Positions 58,101 to 64,000 of a stretch of DNA of 64,000 bases are shown here, in pieces. This DNA comes from Cyanobacteriota bacterium (GTDB lineage Bacteria > Cyanobacteriota > Cyanobacteriia > Cyanobacteriales > Nostocaceae), in assembly GCA_046045965.1 (NCBI GenBank), contig JBJOKS010000002.1:32001-96000 (forward strand). The letters are read 5' to 3'. The number at the start of each line of letters is the position of its first letter. Within the stretch, counting starts at the first letter, position 1. The translations under genes and the position numbers were made by a program. The notes under the pieces were generated by a model. The model saw only the letters and a program-made list of their open reading frames with translations. It had not been told where the DNA came from and searched no databases.

Positions 58101-60085
58101 AAGTAGGTGTCATCTAAGACGGTTTTGATATTTGGTCCGACTAATTTTGTCCAACCAGTACCCACTGATTCAGATACAAATTCTCCACCCCAATCTGGTT
58201 TAAATTGATAAACGGCAACGCGATCGCATTTTATGGCTTGGCGCACTTCTTGAGTGGTAGTTATGAATATCTCGTCTACATCTCTGGCTTGACGAATGTG
58301 GTTGACTATTGTGTTGATACTTTTTTCTTGTTCAGCTATTTGTGCTAGTTCATCAGTTTTTGATCTGACTGTTTCTAGATAATCAATTTGTGATTTAGCT
58401 AGGTTAAACTGCAAGGCAATTTGAGTCAAAAAGTTGACTTCTGAACTTTGCCATTCACGGGGTTCAGAATTTTGATAAGCTGCCAATAATCCCCACAATT
58501 GATCACCAAAGAAGATGGGAACATTGATATAAGCTTTGGCTTCAAATGTTTCTAATAGCTCCAAGTAGCATGGTGTAATATTTTCTTGATAGATGTCATT
58601 CACCCACAAACTTTCGCCTTTAGCAAACCTCGCTCCTTTGGTTTCTTGAAAATAGGTATCTTCAACTAAGGTATTGATATCTGCACCGACAAGTTTTACC
58701 CATCCAGTTCCTACTGATTCAGCAACAAAATTACCACTCCAATCTGGGTTAAAGCGATAGATAGCGACGCGATCGCATTTGAGTGCTTGACGAGCTTCTT
58801 GTGTGGTAGTTTTGAAGATTTCTTCTAATTCTGAGGATTGACGAATGCGGTTAACTATCTTGGTTAGAGCTTTTTCTTGTTTAGCAATCTGTGCTAGTTG
58901 ATCAGATTGTTTCTGCACTTTTTCCAAGTATTCTCCTTGGGAAATAGCTACACCAAATTGCAAGCCTATTTGTGTTAAAAAGCTCACTTCCCAGTCTTGC
59001 CATTCCCTCGCACCGGTATTTTGATAAGCTGCTAGTAATCCCCATAATTTTTCCCCGGAGAAGATGGGAGCAATGACATAAGCTTTGGCTTCAAATTGTT
59101 CTAAGATGTCAATATGGCATTGAGCAAGACCGATTTTATAGGTGTCATTAACAACAAATGTTTCTCCTTTGGCATATCGTCCACCTTTGGTTTCTTGGAG
59201 GTGGGTATCTTCCCAAACCATTTTAAAGTCAGGGGTGACGATTTTTGTCCAATTGTTACCCACTGATTCGGAAACAAATTTACCACTCCAATCTGCCTCG
59301 AAACGATACACACCGACGCGATCGCATTTTAGTAATTGTCTGACTTCTTGAGTCGTAGTTTGAAAGATTTTATCTACATCTGGCTGTTGTAGAATCTTGC
59401 TGATAACTTTAGCTACTGATTGCTTTGCCAATACTGACTGTTGCAGTTCTTTTTGTAATTTAAAATTCTGCAATCTGTAGGTAATTTCTGTGGTTATTTG
59501 CGAGAGTAGAGTAATTTCTGCCTCTTGCCATCGATGTTCTGATCCACAACTATGAATTACCAATAATCCCCATACTCTACTATTGACAAGAATTGGTAGA
59601 CTTAAACTAGCTTTTACTTGAAATTTATCCAGTAGTTGTTTTTGATAGGGAGTAACTTGAATTTGATTAATATCGTCTATGGTTACTGGTTCTATGTAAT
59701 CTTGATCTGTATATAAACCAAACAAAATCGCTGGCAGATTTTCCCCTAAAGATGGTGTCCAACCTGTGGTTCTTGATTCTGCTAAAACTGTACCAGCATC
59801 AGAGTTAGTAAATTGATAAATCAAAGCGCGATCGCCACCAATTTTATCCCTAACTTGCGCTACAGTTACCTTTAGTAAAGAATCCAGATCCGGGGCTTGT
59901 GCCATCTGTGATGTTATGTATTGAAAGCGTTGCCTCCAGACTTTAAATTCCTGAGAAATAGCATTAGAGGTAGATAGATCATTGCGGGCAAAATTCTCTA
60001 TTGTGCTGCCATTTTGTTGATCTGATTTCTCGACTTCAGCAAAGATATTTCCTCTGTCTTCATTACTTTGATATAAAGTTGTCAT
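55124..60085 (-). CDS. Soluble photoreceptor MCP with 7 GAF domains (6 cyanobacteriochrome-type), PixJ/PtxD-like
   Basis: Six GAFs with D(T/S/P)x(L/F)Q..GG.(Y/F) and C(H/Y) bilin motifs plus one Cys-less N-terminal GAF; MCP hairpin [31 protein letters not shown]. Confidence 0.93.
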   Translation of the reverse strand: [1653 protein letters not shown]

Positions 60086-60178
60086 TTGCCTAACCTCAAT
60101 AATTTTTTAGTTACTAATAATTTCAAGTTTTGATCCAGAAATTAAATTTTTCAATGCTAAGATGCAAATTACCTGTTA

Positions 60179-60658
60179 TTAGTGATGACTACTCCACATT
60201 GGTGATTGGATAATTGCCAGCGCATCTAAATTGAAAATCATTTGCTCTGAACCATTAGTAATGTATCCCTGCAAAAAAGGTGACATTGCTGGATAAAATA
60301 GGTCAGGAGAGGGAATCTTCATTTGCTCAGTATCCAACCACTCAATATCTGTCAATTGGCGCACCATCAACCCCAAATATTTACCCTCGTGTTCTAGCAC
60401 AATTGCCATCATTTTAGTGAGTAAATTTGAACCCTGCAAAAGAGGTGGATAACCTAACATTTCTTCTAAATCAACTAACCACAGCATCTCGCCACGCCAA
60501 CTATATATACCTAAAACGCAATTTGGCATCTGTGGAACTACGCAAATTTCGCTTAATGATATCCGTAATACTTCTGAGATATGCTGTAAGGAAATTACGG
60601 CTTGATCCCGCACTCCTAAATTAAAACTTAAGAATTTTTGTTTGGTTTCCAAGGTCAA
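60179..60658 (-). CDS. cheW: CheW adaptor
   Basis: VPQMPNCVLGIYSWRGEMLWLVDL. Confidence 0.9.
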   Translation of the reverse strand: MTLETKQKFLSFNLGVRDQAVISLQHISEVLRISLSEICVVPQMPNCVLGIYSWRGEMLWLVDLEEMLGYPPLLQGSNLLTKMMAIVLEHEGKYLGLMVRQLTDIEWLDTEQMKIPSPDLFYPAMSPFLQGYITNGSEQMIFNLDALAIIQSPMWSSHH

Positions 60659-60898
60659 TTTCCTTTTTAATTAGATGATTTTTTAGCCACTATTTCATGA
60701 TTAAAGCTCAATATAAATAGTGACTATTGATTTTTTGGGAATTTGGGAATTAATGAAGTATTTTAGTAAGTATTCAGGATATACAAGGAATCAAAGTTTT
60801 TCGAGTCGAGCTTGATAATTTCTGAAAAAACTTGCTCATCTATATTCTTGATGCAAACAAATATTCTGACTCTTGACTCCTGAATTCTTACATATTTT

Positions 60899-61264
60899 CT
60901 AATTGTTGATCAATGTTTTCAAAGTTTTTTCTAATTCTTCCTTATCTACTGGTTTTGATAGGTAGGCTTTAGCGCCTAACATATTACCCCAAATCTTATC
61001 TACTTCACTGTTTTTAGTAGAGCAGAAAACCACAGGTATTTTGCTAGTATTAGGGTTATTTTGTAGTTCTCGGCAAATTTCAAACCCGCTTTTACCTGGT
61101 AAAATTACATCTAACAATATAACATCAGGTTTATTTGCATCTATTTTTTGTTGTGCTTCTTCACTGCTGGTAGCAGAAATTACAGAATATCCTGCCTGCC
61201 GCAAGTAACGGCTGATAATTTCCATATCGGTTAAACCATCTTCAACCACTAAAACAGTACTCAT
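60899..61264 (-). CDS. cheY: Single-domain CheY-like response regulator
   Basis: VVED, LLDVILPGKSG, KP. Confidence 0.92.
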   Translation of the reverse strand: MSTVLVVEDGLTDMEIISRYLRQAGYSVISATSSEEAQQKIDANKPDVILLDVILPGKSGFEICRELQNNPNTSKIPVVFCSTKNSEVDKIWGNMLGAKAYLSKPVDKEELEKTLKTLINN

Positions 61265-61590
61265 GGTAACTACCTGTTAAATTATTTTTTCAATTTGGAA
61301 ACAAAGACTTAGATATGTAATCAGACAGTTGAATATAGCACGAGTCTGTATTCTTATTATATCTTGAACCATTGTATAGATATTTCCATCAGGAAACTTG
61401 CGTGTTCAACATAAATTTACATCATCCAGCTTCATGCTTGAAGTAATATTAAAAACTCCTAAAAAAGTTCAACTGAGAATGGATCACAATCTGACTGCAA
61501 GTGTGTTGTCATTAGAGGTAGATTTTATTAACTAATTTGTCTCTGTGTAAAGTAAACATCAGCCTAAGTAGAAGCTTATTCAATAGAAGC

Positions 61591-62787
61591 TTATAAATTA
61601 GCTATATTTCTCACCGTTGAGTTAGCCTGTACAGGTAGATATTTACGTATTACACCTATGACTCGATCAGCCACTATTGGTTTAGAGATAAAATCTGTTG
61701 AACCAACTACCTTAGCACGCACTCGATCCAAAAGACCATCGTTGCCAGTTAAGATAATTACTGGTGTATTAGCAAAAGCAGGAATACGCCGTAATTGAGT
61801 ACAGATTTCATAACCACTGGCTACAGGCATAATCAAATCCAAGAAAATTAAATCTGGTTTTTCTTGAATCAAAACTGGTAATGCTTGTATGGCATCTTGT
61901 ACCTGAGTAAATCTAAATCCATGAGAGGTGATAATATCCTCTAGCATTTTACACACCAAAGGACTATCATCCACACAAGCTATCATTGGTGCAATTTGAT
62001 TAATGCGATTTCTAGGTTGTCTGGTGGTGGAGTTGTCTGCATCGGTAATTTGCAGAGGTAAATCAGGTACTTCTACCAGCTCAATAATTCCTTTCAGGAT
62101 GTAAGGAAGCAAGGAACGAGAAACAGGCATTACATCCTGCTTCATTTTGACTGCCAATTCTCGCAAAGTGTATTTGCCATTAATTAAATTGACAAAGTTT
62201 TTATACACAGATGCACTAACCATCTGTTGCAGTTGTTCTGGTCTCCGCAAGACTGGTGATGAGTTAGGAGAAATATTGGCTAAACCGACTTGTGACCAGA
62301 TCGCCCATGAGTCTTGCATCTGTTTGATTGACATATCTGCACTTGTGAAGCTCATGGGCATATCTAAGATCACTTCCTGACTTAGATTACAAGTTACAGA
62401 GGCAAAATCAACCTCCTGCGCTAAATCAAAAAATAGTTCTGCAATTGTGTTTTCGACAATAGCTTGAATTTGTTCTCGTTGGATTTTTTGCCTTTTGTAT
62501 AGGATATCCAAAATATTATAATCCCAGTAATCAATGGCAAAATCCTCATATCGACAGCGAATCTTTTCTAAGTCAATATCGGGGCAATATTGAGCCATTT
62601 GTCTACGCCAGCGTCTGAAAGGATGAGTCCCACCTGTTGCCCAAACGATTCGGCCGAGGCGATAGTAGAAAGCCCATTGACGGCCTTTGGAACTCTTAAT
62701 ATTTAGTCTTCCATTGTATTGTAATTGAGTACAGGTTTTAAACTCATTCAGTAAGTTGTGAGATTCTATGAGTTCTGAGTTGGTCAT
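61591..62787 (-). CDS. PatA-family response regulator (PATAN plus REC), PixG-like
   Basis: N-terminal W.FYYRLGRIVWATGG.HPFRRWRR; C-terminal receiver VDD...LDLIMP...KP. Confidence 0.9.
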   Translation of the reverse strand: MTNSELIESHNLLNEFKTCTQLQYNGRLNIKSSKGRQWAFYYRLGRIVWATGGTHPFRRWRRQMAQYCPDIDLEKIRCRYEDFAIDYWDYNILDILYKRQKIQREQIQAIVENTIAELFFDLAQEVDFASVTCNLSQEVILDMPMSFTSADMSIKQMQDSWAIWSQVGLANISPNSSPVLRRPEQLQQMVSASVYKNFVNLINGKYTLRELAVKMKQDVMPVSRSLLPYILKGIIELVEVPDLPLQITDADNSTTRQPRNRINQIAPMIACVDDSPLVCKMLEDIITSHGFRFTQVQDAIQALPVLIQEKPDLIFLDLIMPVASGYEICTQLRRIPAFANTPVIILTGNDGLLDRVRAKVVGSTDFISKPIVADRVIGVIRKYLPVQANSTVRNIANL

Positions 62788-63296
62788 ACTTTGTTCCTTG
62801 TCATCAATAAGTCAGCCTCTAGAGAATCTAATATTAGCCAAACATGAGCCAGTAGTTGTCTGAAAATTGACAAAAATCAAAATATATGTGGCCTCAATGC
62901 TATAAATAGAATCCTTTGTTTTTCTATACTATTTTTGTACAGCACTTGTTTAGTCTTAATTAAGAGTATCTAAAAAGATGAGTTAGGAAATGATCCATTT
63001 AATACGTTACATCCTGTTGATTTTTTTGATGATAGTTGGTTGACTATCTGGATTGCCTAAACAGAATATTTAGGATTTAGGTATTGAGACGGGAATTACA
63101 CTTAGAAACTATTTTACGCACGATTCCCTATTAAGTTATCCGTAAAATTCCTGAATTTACATGAGGCAAAATTCAGGGTTTTGCGTATTTGCGTAATTTT
63201 TCCTTGATTACTTAATTATTATAATAATCTATACTTTGTATAGTTTTAATATTTTTTAACAAAATTAACCAAAGACGACAGAGAATTATAAGTATA

Positions 63297-63412
63297 TAGG
63301 ACTGACGCATAAGTCACGGAATAATGAACCCCGTTCGGCGTTCGCGTAGCGGTGCGTATCAGCCGTTCCCCCAGGGTAGGAGCGAGGATCACACGTTCGC
63401 GGAGCGTGACTA
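63297..63412. repeat. GC-rich small dispersed-repeat/MITE-like remnant
   Basis: TAGGACTGACGCA end; two CGTTCGCG(T/G)AGCG units in AT-rich intergenic DNA. Confidence 0.45.
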
Positions 63413-63602
63413 TAGTTTGCTTGGTGACGCAGGAGTTAGAGGAAAGAAGTCGTGGTATTGTAAAATATAGCTAAAAGAACATCACCAAAGTGCGGAAAAA
63501 TTGATATATCCAGTCCAAAAATTTTGAATATGACTTGAATTTTGTAGGTTTTGGAGTATTTATAAATTTTATTGATATCAAAGTTGGGTTACAAAATAAA
63601 AA

Positions 63603-63620
63603 AGTCCGCAGGTGCGGACT
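63603..63620. repeat. Hairpin AGTCCGC-AGGT-GCGGACT (REP-like or terminator)
   Basis: Perfect 7 bp stem preceded by an A-run. Confidence 0.5.
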
Positions 63621-64000
63621 ATGGACATTGGATAAGGTTAAGTTGTCACCAAGAGAGCCTACAAGATGTTAGACTTATTAATATTTTTGCTGAGTAAATA
63701 TAAAAAATCAAGTCTTTGAATGTAATGCTAAAGACATAACTCCAGGCATTATGTCTGAGCAATAACATATTTTAATTTCTCAAATATATTTATTTACTAT
63801 TATAAGTAGTTGCTAAAAATATCAACTTGATATATTGCTGACGTTAAATGACTAAAACAGCAGACAAAATTAAAGTAATTGTGTCTGGAATTTTTCTATG
63901 AGACTTAGATAATGAAAGACCCCACAAGTTATTACTTATGAGGTCTAAAGATTTTTAGGAACAGTTGAGAACAATACCAAGACTATTATCAGTAAGAGCA

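Noticed and set aside
1..64000. tRNA, rRNA, transposase or prophage genes
   Set aside because: None recognisable by eye; no covariance search was possible.

Overview
AT-rich DNA from a filamentous cyanobacterium, probably Nostocales, judged from the frequent HIP1 GCGATCGC octamers and STRR heptamer tandem repeats. There are four blocks. (1) 1-28.6 kb is the 3' half of an NRPS siderophore-type cluster: modules predicted D-Asp, Orn, D-Gln and Lys with a terminal reductase, then a stand-alone aminotransferase, JmjC hydroxylase, MFS exporter and FetAB-like ABC pair. An opposing exbB-exbD-fecCDE-acylase operon and a divergent tonB follow. (2) 29.2-35.5 kb holds housekeeping genes: D,D-carboxypeptidase, PBP2 and potADB. 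(3) 35.5-51.2 kb is an accessory island: a split HTH-STAND ATPase plus TPR pair, an array of about 10 membrane or secreted genes, and an operon encoding an ECF-like sigma factor, DUF1822 protein, membrane-bound caspase-like CHAT protease and CPBP protease. (4) 51.2-62.8 kb is a Pix/Ptx-type phototaxis cluster with a 7-GAF cyanobacteriochrome MCP. The main discovery candidate is in the island. It carries five copies of TTTGCAACA-N16-CGTATA (TGCAAC, invariant 17 bp spacer, CGTATA), including one directly upstream of the sigma gene. This suggests a self-contained protease/anti-sigma/sigma signalling system together with its regulon, bracketed by a ~92 bp direct repeat that starts at a HIP1 site. 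All family calls come from motifs read by eye; no searches were run.
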